Of a stretch of DNA of 64,000 nucleotides, positions 33,075 to 45,086 are shown piece after piece. The stretch is from an uncultured Planctomycetota bacterium (GTDB lineage Bacteria; Planctomycetota; Planctomycetia; Isosphaerales; Isosphaeraceae), in the NCBI GenBank assembly GCA_963845755.1, contig CAWJTV010000030.1, forward strand, positions 32,001 through 96,000. Reading direction: 5' to 3'. The notes below the pieces were generated by a model. That model had not been told where the DNA came from. It saw only the letters and a list, made by a program, of their open reading frames with translations, and ran no database searches. The first letter of the stretch is position 1, and each line of letters begins with the position of its first letter. Made by a program: the position numbers and the translations under genes.

Positions 33075-34157
33075 TCAATCGATCGCCCCGTCACGGACCG
33101 GTTCCAGCGACCGGCTCGCACGCCTGGGAGCCAGGATGTCCTGGGCCACGCGAAAGACACTCGCCGGACTCAGCTTGCTCATGCAATCGTGATGACCCTC
33201 GGGACAGACCGGCCGCTGGCAAGGCCCGCACGGCACGGGATGTAAGAGGTGCCACGCGTGGGGATGGTATGTCCTGGTCCAGGCGACATGCGTCGGTCCG
33301 AACAAGGTCATCACAGGCGTGCCGAACGCGGCGGCGAAATGTCGCGGCCCGGAATCGGTTGTGATCAAGAGGGTCGCGCGGCGTACACACGCTTTCGTCA
33401 ATCCGATCCCCAGATCCTGGTCGGCCAGGCTGACGACCATCGGGTGTGCCGCCGTTTGTGCGATCTCGCGGGCGGCATCGCGCTCGCTGGGTCCGCAGAC
33501 AACCAGGACGCGCGTGTTCGACTCCTCGGCCAGCCTACGCGCCAGGTTGGAGAAATGTGAGACCGGCCAGTTCTTGGCCGGGCCGAATGCCCCTCCCGTA
33601 TTCAGGCAGACCACCCGCTCGCCTGGAGACAATCCCAGCGCCGACCAAGCCCGGTCGGCTGCGATCTCGTCGGCCGGGGTCGTGGCTAGGTTGAGTCGGA
33701 GGGAATCGACCGGACAATCGAGATGCCGTGCCAGCTTCACATAGGACTCCACGATCGGGATCGGCAGCCGACGTCCTGCATCATCGTGAGGATGATGCAG
33801 GACATCGGTCAGGAGAATGCGTCGTCTACATCGATCATAGCCCACGCGGCGCGGGATACCCGCCATCCAGGCCATCGCAGCCGATCGGAACGAGTTGGGC
33901 AAGAGTACGGCCAGGTCGAAGCGGGCTTTACGAAGTTTGCGTAATACGGCCGGAGACCGCTCATCTCGGAGGTTCGAACGCGGATCGAATCGGATCCACT
34001 CGTCGAACCACTCGGTCCCGTCGAGAGTCGGAACGACCTGAGGCTTGATTACCGCCGCCATGATCGCTCCGGGGAACCCGCGCCGGATCGCACGGAAGGT
34101 CGGAGTTGCCATGACAGTATCACCAACCAGGTTGGGGCAGAAAACAGCGATTCTCAT
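33075..34157 (-). CDS. waaF: Lipopolysaccharide heptosyltransferase II (GT9)
   Basis: PNLVGDTVM, LPNSFRSA, GGAFGPAKNW, TDSGPRH, FGPT. Confidence 0.9.
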   Translation of the reverse strand: MRIAVFCPNLVGDTVMATPTFRAIRRGFPGAIMAAVIKPQVVPTLDGTEWFDEWIRFDPRSNLRDERSPAVLRKLRKARFDLAVLLPNSFRSAAMAWMAGIPRRVGYDRCRRRILLTDVLHHPHDDAGRRLPIPIVESYVKLARHLDCPVDSLRLNLATTPADEIAADRAWSALGLSPGERVVCLNTGGAFGPAKNWPVSHFSNLARRLAEESNTRVLVVCGPSERDAAREIAQTAAHPMVVSLADQDLGIGLTKACVRRATLLITTDSGPRHFAAAFGTPVMTLFGPTHVAWTRTYHPHAWHLLHPVPCGPCQRPVCPEGHHDCMSKLSPASVFRVAQDILAPRRASRSLEPVRDGAID

Positions 34158-35248
34158 GCTCCGGTGCCATTCCCTTCTCCAACAGGATTAATCGACATCT
34201 CCCGAGCCTCCTGCCGGTTCGCCAATCGAGCCGCGATCGCGGCGTGGAGCAATGGAATCATGATCTCGTGGTGGCCGGTCAGAGCGATACCCTTGGCCCC
34301 CGGCCGATCGAGAACGTTCAACAGACCACGGTATTTCTGGTCGAAATCCATGTTGGCCGCAGTCAACCCCTCGAGTGTGTGCCCCAGGTTCCGGGCGATC
34401 GCAACGGCCTTGAGAAAGACCTCCGGCATGACGACGGCGCTGCCAAGATTCAGCCAGACGCCGCCGGCCATCCTGGCTACCTCAGTGCACAGAATTCGAA
34501 AATCGCACAAGGCCGCTTCACCCAGCGCGGCCCCGTCCAGATTTGGTGTCATGTGGACAATGTCGGTACCAATGGCTACGTGCACCGTCAAGGGAATGCC
34601 GGCGCGCCGGGCCGTCGCAAGGAGGGAGACATCCAGGCCCGGCCCGCCGTGATCGAGGACGACATCGCCCAGCGCGGCTCCCAAACCGGTAGATGCCGAG
34701 ACAGCTCGACGGCACGCAGCATCGAAGAGTTCCGAAGTCTCCCGGGCGAAGCCGAAGGTGCCCGCCATCAGCCGGACGGCGACGTCTTCGCTGGTCCTGC
34801 CCGCAACCGCCAGCTCCAGGTCGTGGATCGCCGCGGCGCCGTTGAGTGCCAGACCTTGAAGGACGCCGCGATGCATCCAGTCGATCAGGTAAGGCGCACA
34901 GCCCGTCTTGATCACGTGTCCGCCGAGGGCGGCCAGCACCGGCCGCCCGCGTTCGCGGGCTCCAAGGATGGCGTCTCGGAGGTGCTTCAGGTTAGAGGCT
35001 CCGAGGAGTCTCGGCAGGCTATCGAGCCACTTTTCAATCGACGATTCTGATCCGACAGGCTGTCCCAGGTCTTCGAGGTGGACCTTGCTCGCCCGATCCG
35101 CGAGGGGTTCAAAGCGCAGGTCGTCCCATCTCAGCGTGGCCGAGCCGTCGGAGGTGACGCCTTGTAACGACTTCGGATGTGGCGGCTCAGACCCGGCAGG
35201 CCCATGGGTATGGATCTTTGGGACGGAGGCGAATCCCTTCGCACTCAC
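34154..35248 (-). CDS. Conserved hypothetical protein, deoxyhypusine-synthase-like
   Basis: LGGHVIKTG, NGAAAIHDLE, TVHVAIGTD, GSAVVMPEVFLKA, GHHEIMIPLL. Confidence 0.75.
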   Translation of the reverse strand: MSAKGFASVPKIHTHGPAGSEPPHPKSLQGVTSDGSATLRWDDLRFEPLADRASKVHLEDLGQPVGSESSIEKWLDSLPRLLGASNLKHLRDAILGARERGRPVLAALGGHVIKTGCAPYLIDWMHRGVLQGLALNGAAAIHDLELAVAGRTSEDVAVRLMAGTFGFARETSELFDAACRRAVSASTGLGAALGDVVLDHGGPGLDVSLLATARRAGIPLTVHVAIGTDIVHMTPNLDGAALGEAALCDFRILCTEVARMAGGVWLNLGSAVVMPEVFLKAVAIARNLGHTLEGLTAANMDFDQKYRGLLNVLDRPGAKGIALTGHHEIMIPLLHAAIAARLANRQEAREMSINPVGEGNGTGA

Positions 35249-35269
35249 GAGATCTCCTTCTCACCCGGC

Positions 35270-36338
35270 TCAATTCGACGGTGAATACCGCACGAGCCGG
35301 GCCAAAGCGTCTTCCATGACGTCTTCACCCGCCACGATCTCGAGGCCGATCCGGATCGCTCGCAAAGGAACCGGCCCCAGGCTGCTGGCTCGCAGCTTCA
35401 CCAAATCCTTCTGCGTGGTCAAGACAAGATTGACCCCAAGGTTGCTCGCCCAGCGTTGCAATGCGTCAACGTCGGCGGCTATGTAATCATGATGGTCCGG
35501 GAAGATGCGAAAGTCGCGCAGCTCGGCACAAAGGGGCAAAATGGTCCGTCGAAAACCCTCCGGATTGCCGATCCCGCAAAATGCCGCCACGGACTGATCG
35601 CCCAATTCACCCAACGGAGTCGGAGTACCGTCGGCGTCGATTACGTCGCGCGGTGCATGCCGGGCTTCAACCCATTTCCGGGGCCCGGAGCCGCCGTTCC
35701 ACCTCGGCGCGAATGGTTCCTCGGTCGGCTGCAGTCACAAGGTCCGACCGCGATAGAACGACGATGTCGGCCCGTCTCAACGAGCCGAGGGGCTCGCGTA
35801 GCAGCCCGCGCGGCAGAAGGTGACCGAGACCGAACGGCTCGAGCACATCGATCAAGACCACATCGAGATCACGCGCGAGACGTCGATGCTGAAATCCGTC
35901 GTCAAGCACCAAAACCTCGGCCTCCAGTTCCTCGACCGCGACTCGGGCAGAACGGGAGCGATCCCGGTCCTGGAGGTGGGGGACATCGGGTAGATTCTCC
36001 TCCAGGACGCGGCGTTCGTCGTTGATTCCCTGGACTTGCTTGTAGCCCCGGCTGAGGATCGCCACTCGCCGACCATGCCGCCGGAACCAGCGCGCCACCC
36101 ACTCAACCATCGGAGTCTTGCCCGTTCCCCCGACGGTGAGATTGCCGACCGAAACCACCGGTACTTCGGCGCGATAGACCCCGAGCCAGCCTCGATCAAA
36201 CCCCAGGTTGCGTAATGCGATAGCCGCCCCATAAGGGATCGCGACGGACCGAAGCGACCACATTGCAACGTGCGCAATCGGACCGCCCGGCGGACCCTGG
36301 ATCAAGCGGAGATATCGGTCCTGGTTGAATCGGCTCAA
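35270..36338 (-). CDS. lpxK: Tetraacyldisaccharide 4'-kinase (frameshift near 35665)
   Basis: [47 protein letters not shown]. Confidence 0.93.
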
Positions 36339-37429
36339 GCCCCTGCTTCCATGGCGCGGATGATGGCTTTGGCCATCGCGACCGTTCCCACGGCCGTGGG
36401 ATCATCGCGGTGCGGCTTCATGTCGTAGGTGACGTCCTTGCCCTCTTCAATTACCCGGGCCACCGCATTTTCCAGTCGCCGTGCGGCTTGAGTCTCGCCC
36501 AGGTGGTCGAGCATCAAGACGGCCGAGAGAATGAGGGCCGTCGGATTCATCTTGTACTGACCCTTATACTTCGGCGCCGATCCGTGCGTCGCTTCGAAGA
36601 CCGCTCCCGCTTCACCGATATTGGCGCCCGGAGCGACACCCAGCCCGCCTACCAAGCCGGCACACAGGTCCGAGACGATATCACCGTAGAGGTTTGGCAA
36701 GACCAGCACGTCGTACAGCTCGGGCTTCTGGACGAGCTGCATGCACATATTGTTAACGATTCGATCCTCGAATTCGATGTCAGGGTATTCCTTGGCTACC
36801 TCACGGCTAACCTCGAGGAACAGGCCATCACTGAACTTCAGGATATTGGCCTTGTGGACCGACGTAACCTTCTTCCGTCCATGCTTGCGAGCGTACTCGA
36901 AGGCGTACCTGACGATCCGTTCTGTGCCGGTAATGGAGATGGCCTTCACGGAAATACCCGAATCGGGCCGGACCGTCTTGCCGTTGAGTTTCTTGATGGC
37001 AGCGATCATCTCCGCGGTCTCTGGCTTCCCCTGCTCGAACTCACATCCGAAGTATAGATCCTCGGTATTCTCGCGAACGACGACGAGATCGACCGGAGTC
37101 TGGGAGAAGAAGGTTCGAACCCCGCGATAGATCTTGCACGGTCGGACGCAGGCGTAGAGGTCCAGAGCCTGCCGGAGGTAAACATTCACGCTCCGGAATC
37201 CGGTGCCGACGGGGGTCGTGATTGGCGCCTTGAGGGCAACACGCGTTCGGCGGCACGACTCGATCACGCTGTCGGGGATCGGCGTCCCAAGTTTGGCCAT
37301 CACATCGACGCCGGCATCCTGCTCGTCCCAACGGATGGCGACGCCGGTGGCCTCGATGCACATCTTCGTAGCTTCGGCGAGCTCCGGACCAACACCGTCG
37401 CCGCGAATGAGCGTCACTTCGTAAGGCAT
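36335..37429 (-). CDS. icd: Isocitrate/isopropylmalate dehydrogenase family, likely NAD-dependent isocitrate dehydrogenase
   Basis: [50 protein letters not shown]. Confidence 0.85.
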   Translation of the reverse strand: MPYEVTLIRGDGVGPELAEATKMCIEATGVAIRWDEQDAGVDVMAKLGTPIPDSVIESCRRTRVALKAPITTPVGTGFRSVNVYLRQALDLYACVRPCKIYRGVRTFFSQTPVDLVVVRENTEDLYFGCEFEQGKPETAEMIAAIKKLNGKTVRPDSGISVKAISITGTERIVRYAFEYARKHGRKKVTSVHKANILKFSDGLFLEVSREVAKEYPDIEFEDRIVNNMCMQLVQKPELYDVLVLPNLYGDIVSDLCAGLVGGLGVAPGANIGEAGAVFEATHGSAPKYKGQYKMNPTALILSAVLMLDHLGETQAARRLENAVARVIEEGKDVTYDMKPHRDDPTAVGTVAMAKAIIRAMEAGA

Positions 37430-37628
37430 CAGTTCAGCATCTCCCTGGGATCCGTAGTGCCTGCGCCACGCGGGCGCCGCCAAGCCCGGTTTCGAGAACC
37501 GGACACCAATCGTTGCGATTTCCCCGCGGTCTGGTATGATTAATGATGACGCCAGGCTAACCGGGAGCGCGACATGCGTCAAGCGGCCCGGGCAGTATCA
37601 CCTTGACACGACACCTATTGGCTAGACG

Positions 37629-37988
37629 GTGCTCCCGACGATGATCGAGCCCCCAATCGCACCGGATCCGCGCGTTCGCAACTGGCTCCGGCGCCACTCC
37701 AGCCCGACCAGCTTCGTCCTGCACATGATCGGGATTCCACCGACATTCCTTGGGGCTCTGTTCGTACCGATCTACCTCGCACTGCTATCGCTGTCTGTCT
37801 TCTTCCTGGCCCTGGGCCTGTTCTTGGGGGGTTATTTGCTCCAGTTTCTCGGCCACTTCCTCGAACGTACCGACCCCGGGGAGATCATCTATTTCAAGCG
37901 CAAGTTGGGGCTCCCCTACGTGGAGTTTCCGACGCCGCGGGTCTCTCATCCACGGCCGAGTCTCGGGGCACCAGCCGCGTCGGCATGA
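37629..37988 (+). CDS. Mpo1/DUF962-like membrane protein
   Basis: H...LHMIGIP...LQFLGHFLE. Confidence 0.78.
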   Translation: MLPTMIEPPIAPDPRVRNWLRRHSSPTSFVLHMIGIPPTFLGALFVPIYLALLSLSVFFLALGLFLGGYLLQFLGHFLERTDPGEIIYFKRKLGLPYVEFPTPRVSHPRPSLGAPAASA

Positions 37989-38582
37989 CAATCGATCGGG
38001 AAGGCGGCCGACCCCGCTGTCCCTTTCCGTTGGCGGCGAAGTCGGAATCTGGACGTGCCGCTGGCAGGAGAACGCGGGAACGCGATTTTCGTCGTCTGCT
38101 TCTCGTGCTGGTCTTGCGAGGTCCGCGGCGTGAGAACTCCACCGAGACGGGTCGTTCGGTGTGGTCGATTGATATCGCGCTGGGACTTCCGCGAGCGGGC
38201 GAACGGCTTTTTTGGTCTAGGCTCGATCGGAAAAATCGATAAAATCCCCCTCATCGTTTCAAGTCGCACGCCGCAAGGAACCGATCCAATCCGACAAGTC
38301 GATCAAGCTGGATCTCTCGGGACAGGCGTGCGCCGCCGGGGCGGCACGGTCATGAACGGTTCGGGGGTCGTTGAGCCGGGCACGGAGCGCAGCTCGGTGA
38401 CGGGCACGACCCTCGAAGAATGAAGTGAGTAACGCGTCGCAGCGGGACACGTCCGGAATCGACCGGCTGCGGCACAAGCCGTGATGACACGGAAAACCCG
38501 AAGCCAAGCCAGGGACGGCGCGGCGCGACCCGATGGGTTGAACTCATCGTCACATGGCGATCTTAGTCAAGGACGGCTGGCC

Positions 38583-41097
38583 ATGCGATTGACCCTCCGA
38601 AGGAACCGATGGACGCGGGCGGCTTTGCTCGCGGCCTGGATCCTCTCTTCTGGTTGTCAGAAGCTTCCCTACATTGATGACTCCAAGCCGGTCCCGCATG
38701 ACAGCATGGGACGAATCGCATTGGAAGATACGGAGGTCAAGCAGGCGAGCCTGCTCAGCAGTAGCCTGGGGATGCAATTGCCCAAGGTGGCCAAGCCGCG
38801 GACGACCAACGATCCCGAGGCGGCGGAGATGTGGCCTCTGACCTTGCAAGAGGCGATCCGTATCGGCCTGGACAACTCCGAGGTGGTGCGCGTCATCGCC
38901 TTCGGTGCACAGGGGATCCCGATCGGTGGCTTCGAGCCGACCCCGCTCAATAGTGGTGCCAGCGCGGGCGTGGCCAGCTCCCTCGGGGCCGGCACGCTTC
39001 AAACGGTCTACGATCCTGCGATCCTGGAAACCCAGATCGCCACCGCCCTCTCCAATTTTGACACCGCATTCACCACGAGCCTCCTCTGGGGCGACACCGT
39101 CCAGCCGTTCAACAACGGCGTACAGGGCGGTTCGTTGAGCCTCACGGGGACCAAGTTCCCGATCGTGTCGGTGAATGATTCGGCGACGTTCCAGATCGGT
39201 CTGTCCAAGCGGAACGCCACCGGTGGATTGATGGGCATCACGAACAACGTAGCCTGGTCGTATCAGAACAGCTCGTTCCTGGTCTGGCCCTCGGCGTATA
39301 CGACGAATATCCAGCTCAGCTTGACCCAGCCGTTGTTGGGTAGTGCCGCGCTGCCGGGCCAGGCCGCCGGGCCGCCGGTGGGCCTGGAAGCCAACCGGGC
39401 TCCGATCGTGATCGCGCGGCTTAACGCCGACGCCGCGGTCTGGCGGTTCAAGGCTGAAATCATGGCGGAGGTGCGGTCGATCGAGCAACAGTACTGGAAC
39501 CTGGCGCAGGCCCACGTCCAGCTCTGGGCGGCCGACAAGGCTGTCAGCCTCGCCGAGGAGATCCTTAAACGCGAGGAAGCCGAACTGCAGGTTGGCCGCG
39601 GCACGGTTGCCGACGTCGCCGAGGCTCGCCAGCGGCTCGAACAATTCAACCTCGACCTGGTGACCCGGACCTCGGACGTCATCACGACCGAGCGTCAGTT
39701 GCGAAACCTCCTCGGACTTCCACCCGCCGACAATCGTCGGATCATCCCCGTGACACCGCCCACCGAGGCGCGCCTCGAACCGGACTGGGATTCGAGCCTG
39801 GCCCAGATGCTGAGTTTCCAGCCCGACATCGTTCAACAGCAGATCCTTGTCCGCGTCGCCGAGCTTCAGTTGCTGATCGCCCGCAACCAACTTCTCCCGC
39901 AGTTAAGCCTGAATGCCCTCTACCAACTCAATGGGTTGGGCCAATCGTTGGACCAGTCCTTCGCTGTCATGACCGGGGCCACCCTCAAAGCCCTCAATCC
40001 CGTCATCGCGAACCAGCAGAGAGCCGCCGGTCTCAATGAAAACCCGGGCAGTTACAACAATTTTAATCAGTGGCAGATCGGTTTCACGTTCCAGATGCCA
40101 CTCGGCATGAGATCTCCGCTGGCAAACTCTCGCCAAGCACAGTACATCCTCCTGCGAGCCAGGGCCTATCTTGCCCAGATCGTTCACCAGACGACGCACT
40201 CCCTCGCCCGGTTCTTCCTGGAAATCGACGCCAATTACAAGCAGTTTAAGACCGCCTCGAGGTTGAGAGCGGCGGCGGCGCAACGGCTCGACGCCCAGCG
40301 AGCGTATTATGAGGAAGGCCGTATCACCATCGACCGCTTCCTCGACGCAGTCAGCCAATACGCGACGGCCGTCGCCACGGAAGCTCAGTACAAGACCACG
40401 TACAACATCTCGATCGTGGCCCTGGAAGAGGCCAAAGGCACCTTGCTGGCTTATGACAATATTGCCGTCGCCGAGGGTCCGCATCCCCGAAAGGCGTACA
40501 TCCAGGCCCGTGATATCCAGGGAGCTCATCGCCAGTTCCACATGCTTCCCGACGGCCCGTTGATGCCGGCGAAGCCTTTTGGCCCGGCGAACCAGGATCC
40601 TGTTACCCCCAATCCTCCGCCCAATGCGGAAGGACCACAAAACCTGCCGCCGATGCCGGCTCCTGTCGGTCCGATCGGCCCATCCCCTGCACCTGTGCCG
40701 CCTCATGTGCCGGCCTCCGTGCCACCCTTCTTGTCGCAAATCGCTCCAGGCACAGGGGCTGTTAGTCCCGTTGCGAGTTCAGCCGGGGTGATGCCGGTCT
40801 CAAACTCCGGAGTGGGTTTCCGTCCTGCATCCGATCTGCGTCTGACCTCGGGAGAAGTCGCCAACGGTTGGTCTCGGCCGTTGGCGGCGCCGGTCATCGC
40901 GGGGAACACACCTTCGGCCTACGCACGAATTCCGGCTAGTGGCACACCCACGTCCACCTCGGCCACGATGAGTCCGTCTGCATCAGCGCCTCCGGATGCA
41001 GGCGGGCTCTCCGCCGACGGTTACGCCTTCGCCAGCTCCAGAAGATCTTCCGCGATTACCCGTATCGATCGATCTCCCTCCCTTACCGGCCCAGTGA
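38583..41097 (+). CDS. TolC/outer-membrane efflux family lipoprotein with a Pro-rich tail (likely frameshift near 41000)
   Basis: Lipobox-like LSSG-C; LTLQEAIRIGLDNS, LTQPLL, VRSIEQQYWNL, LLPQLSL; alternative frame ends ...DLPPLPAQ* at 41097 (ORF track runs to 41255). Confidence 0.82.
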
Positions 41098-41294
41098 CGC
41101 TCTCCCGGATCGTTCGGCGGATCGAAACCGCCGTCGGTCGGGTTGTCCGGACCACCCAAGTCCAGGTCTCGGTTTCGCTTGGGAGTTGTCAAAACCTTGT
41201 TGACCGTGGGCTTGGGGATCGCCACAATGAGGAGACTCTTGCTACCCCACCATAGCCGGGGGGTTACTCCCCACCCTGAGGAAAGGCGGTCACG

Positions 41295-42551
41295 ATGGAC
41301 GGCGCTCCGAACGATCGGTTGAGCGAAGGCAGTCAACGTGATTTTCTCAAGACAGCGTCGGCTACCGGCGGTGCCGTGGCCCTGGCGGCAAGTCCCTCGG
41401 CCTGGGCCGACCCGCCCGAAGCCGCGAAGGCGAGCCTTCCGACTGTGACGCTGGGCAAGACCGGCCAGAAGGTCACGCTGCTCGGACAGGGAACCAGTTG
41501 GACCTTGCAACCCGCCTTCTTGCAGGCGGCGTTCTTCTCGGGCGTTGGGTATGTTGACTGCTCGGAAAACTACGAACGCGGGAAGTGTGAAAAGACCCTC
41601 GGCGAAGTCCTCGAGCGGACAAAGTTGCGGAAACACGTGTACGTCGTCACCAAGTGCGGTCGCAAGGTCGGCGGTGCGGGAGCCTTCACCAACTATGAAT
41701 CGCATCTCAACGCCAGCCTGGAACGATTGAAGACTGACTACGTCGACTCGTACTACCTGCACGGCGTCACTGGTGGCGAGATCTCACTGCTCCATGATCC
41801 CGAAGTCAAGGCGGCCTTCGAGAAACTCAAGAAACTCGGCAAGATTCGGTTCTGTGGTCTGAGCTGCCACGATCGGAGGCTGCCGGAGGTCGTCACCGCC
41901 GCCGCAGAATGTGGCTGGATCGATCAGATCATGATCCAGTACAACTACCGCACGATGGGCGCGGATGACGTCCGTCGCGCCGTGGATGCAGCGTCCAAGG
42001 CCAACCTCGGAATCGTGGCGATGAAGACTCAGGGAGGCGCCGGCAGTTTTCGGGAGGGCGATACCTCGCCAAAATACAGGGAATTCATGGACAAGGGCTT
42101 CAAGAAGCAAGCGTCGGCAATCAAGACCATCTTCACCGACCAGCGCATCCACGTGGTGGTCAGCGAGATGACCAATCGCGACATGCTCCGCGAGAACATG
42201 GCCGCGGCGACCGACCATACGCTTTCCTCTCGCGATCAGAAGATGCTGGAAGAGTATCGCCTGGCCACGTCCCACTTGTACTGCCAGGGTTGCGGTCACC
42301 ATTGCGAGCCGGCCGCCAACGGAGTCGCGGTGGCCGATATCCTGCGGTTCCTTCGGTACGACGAAGTCTATGGCAAGCGTCGGCGGGCTCGTGAGCTCTA
42401 TCAAGCCCTGCCCCCCGAGGCTCGCAATCTCGTCGCGGCCGATCTGGCCGCAGCCCAGGCCGCCTGCCCGCATGGTCTCCCGGTCGCCGAACTCCTGCGC
42501 GGGCCGAGGCGAAGATGGGTTGAACAGGAGAGGATGAAGGATGAGGGCTGA
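41295..42551 (+). CDS. Aldo/keto reductase with Tat-like signal and C-terminal Cys cluster
   Basis: LGKTG, SLERLKTDYVDSYYLH, GKIRFCGLSCH, AMKT, YCQGCGHHC...CPHG. Confidence 0.88.
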   Translation: MDGAPNDRLSEGSQRDFLKTASATGGAVALAASPSAWADPPEAAKASLPTVTLGKTGQKVTLLGQGTSWTLQPAFLQAAFFSGVGYVDCSENYERGKCEKTLGEVLERTKLRKHVYVVTKCGRKVGGAGAFTNYESHLNASLERLKTDYVDSYYLHGVTGGEISLLHDPEVKAAFEKLKKLGKIRFCGLSCHDRRLPEVVTAAAECGWIDQIMIQYNYRTMGADDVRRAVDAASKANLGIVAMKTQGGAGSFREGDTSPKYREFMDKGFKKQASAIKTIFTDQRIHVVVSEMTNRDMLRENMAAATDHTLSSRDQKMLEEYRLATSHLYCQGCGHHCEPAANGVAVADILRFLRYDEVYGKRRRARELYQALPPEARNLVAADLAAAQAACPHGLPVAELLRGPRRRWVEQERMKDEG

Positions 42552-42588
42552 AGGACGAATCGATCCGGTCTGATTCGGAATTCAGCCT

Positions 42589-42807
42589 TTATCCTTCCGG
42601 ATAGGCCGGGTCATCGAGGTCATCTTCTTCCCCGCAGTCGTCAGATCGATCTGGGACGCGGCTCTCGGGGATCGCGTAATCCCCATCGATCCAGCGCCCG
42701 AGGTCGATCAGGCGGCATCTCTGAGAACAGAAGGGGAACGACGGGAGATCGTCAACTCCGGCGATCTTGAAATGGCCGGCGCAGATGGGACATCGTCCTC
42801 GAATCAT
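42589..42807 (-). CDS. yacG: DNA gyrase inhibitor YacG-like zinc protein
   Basis: CPIC...FPFCSQRCRLIDLGRW. Confidence 0.9.
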   Translation of the reverse strand: MIRGRCPICAGHFKIAGVDDLPSFPFCSQRCRLIDLGRWIDGDYAIPESRVPDRSDDCGEEDDLDDPAYPEG

Positions 42808-43130
42808 GGCTCGCTCTTGGAGCTGGTTGCCGCGGGCTTTGGCGCATCCGAAGTCGAGGGACTCGTCGAGCTGGGAGACGCGGAATCGCCCGAAGATTTC
42901 GTCTCGGCCGCAGGTTTCTCGGCCTGGGCGGCTTTCTTGTACGACTCACTCCGATAGTCGGTCTGATAGAATCCCGATCCTTTGAAGAGGATCGCGGCGC
43001 CGGGGCCGATCTTCCGTCGCAGCTTGGCCTGATGGCATTCGGGGCATTCCGTTCGAGGCTGCGCCGTGATAGATTCGTATGCCTCGAATTCATGTCCACA
43101 GTCGTCACAAATATAATCGTAGGTCGGCAT
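42804..43130 (-). CDS. FmdB-family zinc-ribbon protein
   Basis: MPTYDYICDDC...CPEC...FKGSGFYQTDY. Confidence 0.92.
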   Translation of the reverse strand: MPTYDYICDDCGHEFEAYESITAQPRTECPECHQAKLRRKIGPGAAILFKGSGFYQTDYRSESYKKAAQAEKPAAETKSSGDSASPSSTSPSTSDAPKPAATSSKSEP

Positions 43131-43231
43131 GGCTTTCCCGTTCTCGATGACGATCGTTATTTGAACTCATCTCGTCCGTTCGATCGGTTACTGAGTTGCC
43201 GCCGTTTTCGAAGGGCCGGCTCGCATCCTCG

Positions 43232-43825
43232 TCAGTCAGCAGGGGGACGGACCGAGACGGCAACCTTGCTCGGCCGAAGGACTCGGTCGCGGATCTTGTA
43301 CCCTTTGGTGAGCTCGCCCACGACCGTGCCCTCGGGATGCTCGCGCGAAGGCTGCTGGAGGACAGCGTCGTGGAGGTTCGGATCGAACGACCCGCCCAGT
43401 GCCGCGATTGGCTCCACGCCGTGCTTGGCCAGGACCTCATGTAATTGTTTCTGGACCATGTCTAGCCCGGCGGTGACGTCGGCCGCGCCGGAGGCACGCA
43501 GGGCGTCGATGGCCCGCGCCAGGTTGTCGAGCGAGTCGAGCAGGTCGCGCGCGAGTGACCCGACGGCATACGCGCGATCGGCGTCGGCCTGCTGCTTCGC
43601 TCGCTTCTGATAGTTCGCAAACTCGGCGCGGCTCCGAAGGGCTTGCTCCCGAAACTCCTCGCGCTCCCTGCGCAATTGCTCGACGTCCTCGCTGGCGAAC
43701 AGGGACTCGCTGTCACTGCGCGAGCCGACCTCACCGGCACCTTTGGTAAAATGGGAGGCGGGATCGCCGGAGAGCGGATAATCCGAAGTCTCCAGGTCGT
43801 CGGGCTTCCGGGTGGATTCATTCAT
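43232..43825 (-). CDS. grpE: Nucleotide exchange factor GrpE
   Basis: RSRAEFANYQKR, FDPNLHDAV, KGYKIRDRVLRPSKVAV. Confidence 0.95.
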   Translation of the reverse strand: MNESTRKPDDLETSDYPLSGDPASHFTKGAGEVGSRSDSESLFASEDVEQLRREREEFREQALRSRAEFANYQKRAKQQADADRAYAVGSLARDLLDSLDNLARAIDALRASGAADVTAGLDMVQKQLHEVLAKHGVEPIAALGGSFDPNLHDAVLQQPSREHPEGTVVGELTKGYKIRDRVLRPSKVAVSVRPPAD

Positions 43826-43933
43826 GGGCCTCTGCTCCTTACGCGGCGAAGCCGTAGCCGAAAGGCATTCCGGATTCCACATTCCTTGACCTTCCATCGG
43901 GAATCGGAATTCCGGGATTCCCCGAGTGCAATG

Positions 43934-45086
43934 TTACTCGGGCGAATCCTCCGGCTCGGCTTCTTCGGTGAAATACTCGCGAAGTTTCTCGAAAAAGCTC
44001 TTGCGACGTGGACTGACCTGTTCGTGTTCGATCTCGGCAAACTCGCGCAACAGCTCCTCCTGGCGCAGCCGTCAGGTGCCGGGGGGTCTCGACGACGACT
44101 TCCACAAGCTCATCACCGCGGCCCCTGCCCCCGATATCGGGCATCCCGCGACCCTTGATCCGCAACACATCGCTGCTCTGCGTGCCCCGCGGGACATCGA
44201 GATGTTCCGGTCCGTCCAGGGTCGGCACGTCGATCTCGGCACCCAGCGCCGCCTGGGCGAAACTGATCGGCACCTGGCAATAGAGGTCGTTGCGGCGGCG
44301 TTCGAAGAATGGATGTTTCCTGACGAGGATTTGAACGCGGAGATTCCCGCGTGGTGCGCCGACGTCACCGAGTTCTCCCTGGTTTCGCTGCTGGAGCCAC
44401 ATACCGCTCTCAACGCCCGGTGGGACGTTCACCGCGAGCTTCACGGTCGTCGGCAGACGCCCCGCACCGCGACACGCTGGGCATGGATCGGTGATCCGCA
44501 CCCCCTCGCCGCCACAGGCCGGGCAAGTCGTTGCGACCTGGAAGAATCCGCGGGTCTGAACGACCTGGCCACGTCCGCCGCAGTAGTTGCAGGTCGTGGC
44601 CACGGTCCCTTTGCGTGCTCCCGCACCCTGGCACTCGCCGCAAAAATCCTGGCGATTCACGTCGATGGTACGCGTCGTCCCCCGGGCCGCTTCGATCAGC
44701 TCGATCTCCAGCTTCAACAGGAGATCGGGGCCGGTCCGAGGCCCGCGGCGACGATTACCGAAAAGATCGCCGAATAACCCGCCTCCGAAGATATCGCTGA
44801 AGGCCGACATGATATCGTCGGCCGACCGGAAATCGTGGAACGCCTGACCGTTGAGGCCGGCATGGCCATAACGGTCGTACCGTTGCCGCTTGTCGGTATC
44901 GGAAAGCACTTCATAAGCTTCGGCCGCTTCTTTGAAGCGCTTCGGGGCCTCTTCATCACCCGGGTTTCGGTCCGGATGAAACTTGAGCGCCATCTGTCGA
45001 TAAGCCTTCTTGATCTCGTCGAGCGGCGCATCACGGCCGATGCCGAGAACTTCGTAATAATCGCGCTTCGTGGCTGCCATTGGCAT
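43934..45086 (-). CDS. dnaJ: Chaperone DnaJ (frameshift near 44065)
   Basis: DYYEVLG, HPD, four CxxCxGxG repeats; corrected C-terminus ...[12 protein letters not shown]...PEDSPE*. Confidence 0.95.

Noticed and set aside
38550..39890. Long antisense ORFs (also 1688-2845, 45717-47057, 49440-50747, 62156-63352)
   Set aside because: Shadow ORFs opposite well-supported genes in GC-rich DNA, with no recognisable motifs.
41328..41352. Variant Tat motif SQRDFLK
   Set aside because: A single-base difference from RR could be error or a tolerated variant; not enough evidence.
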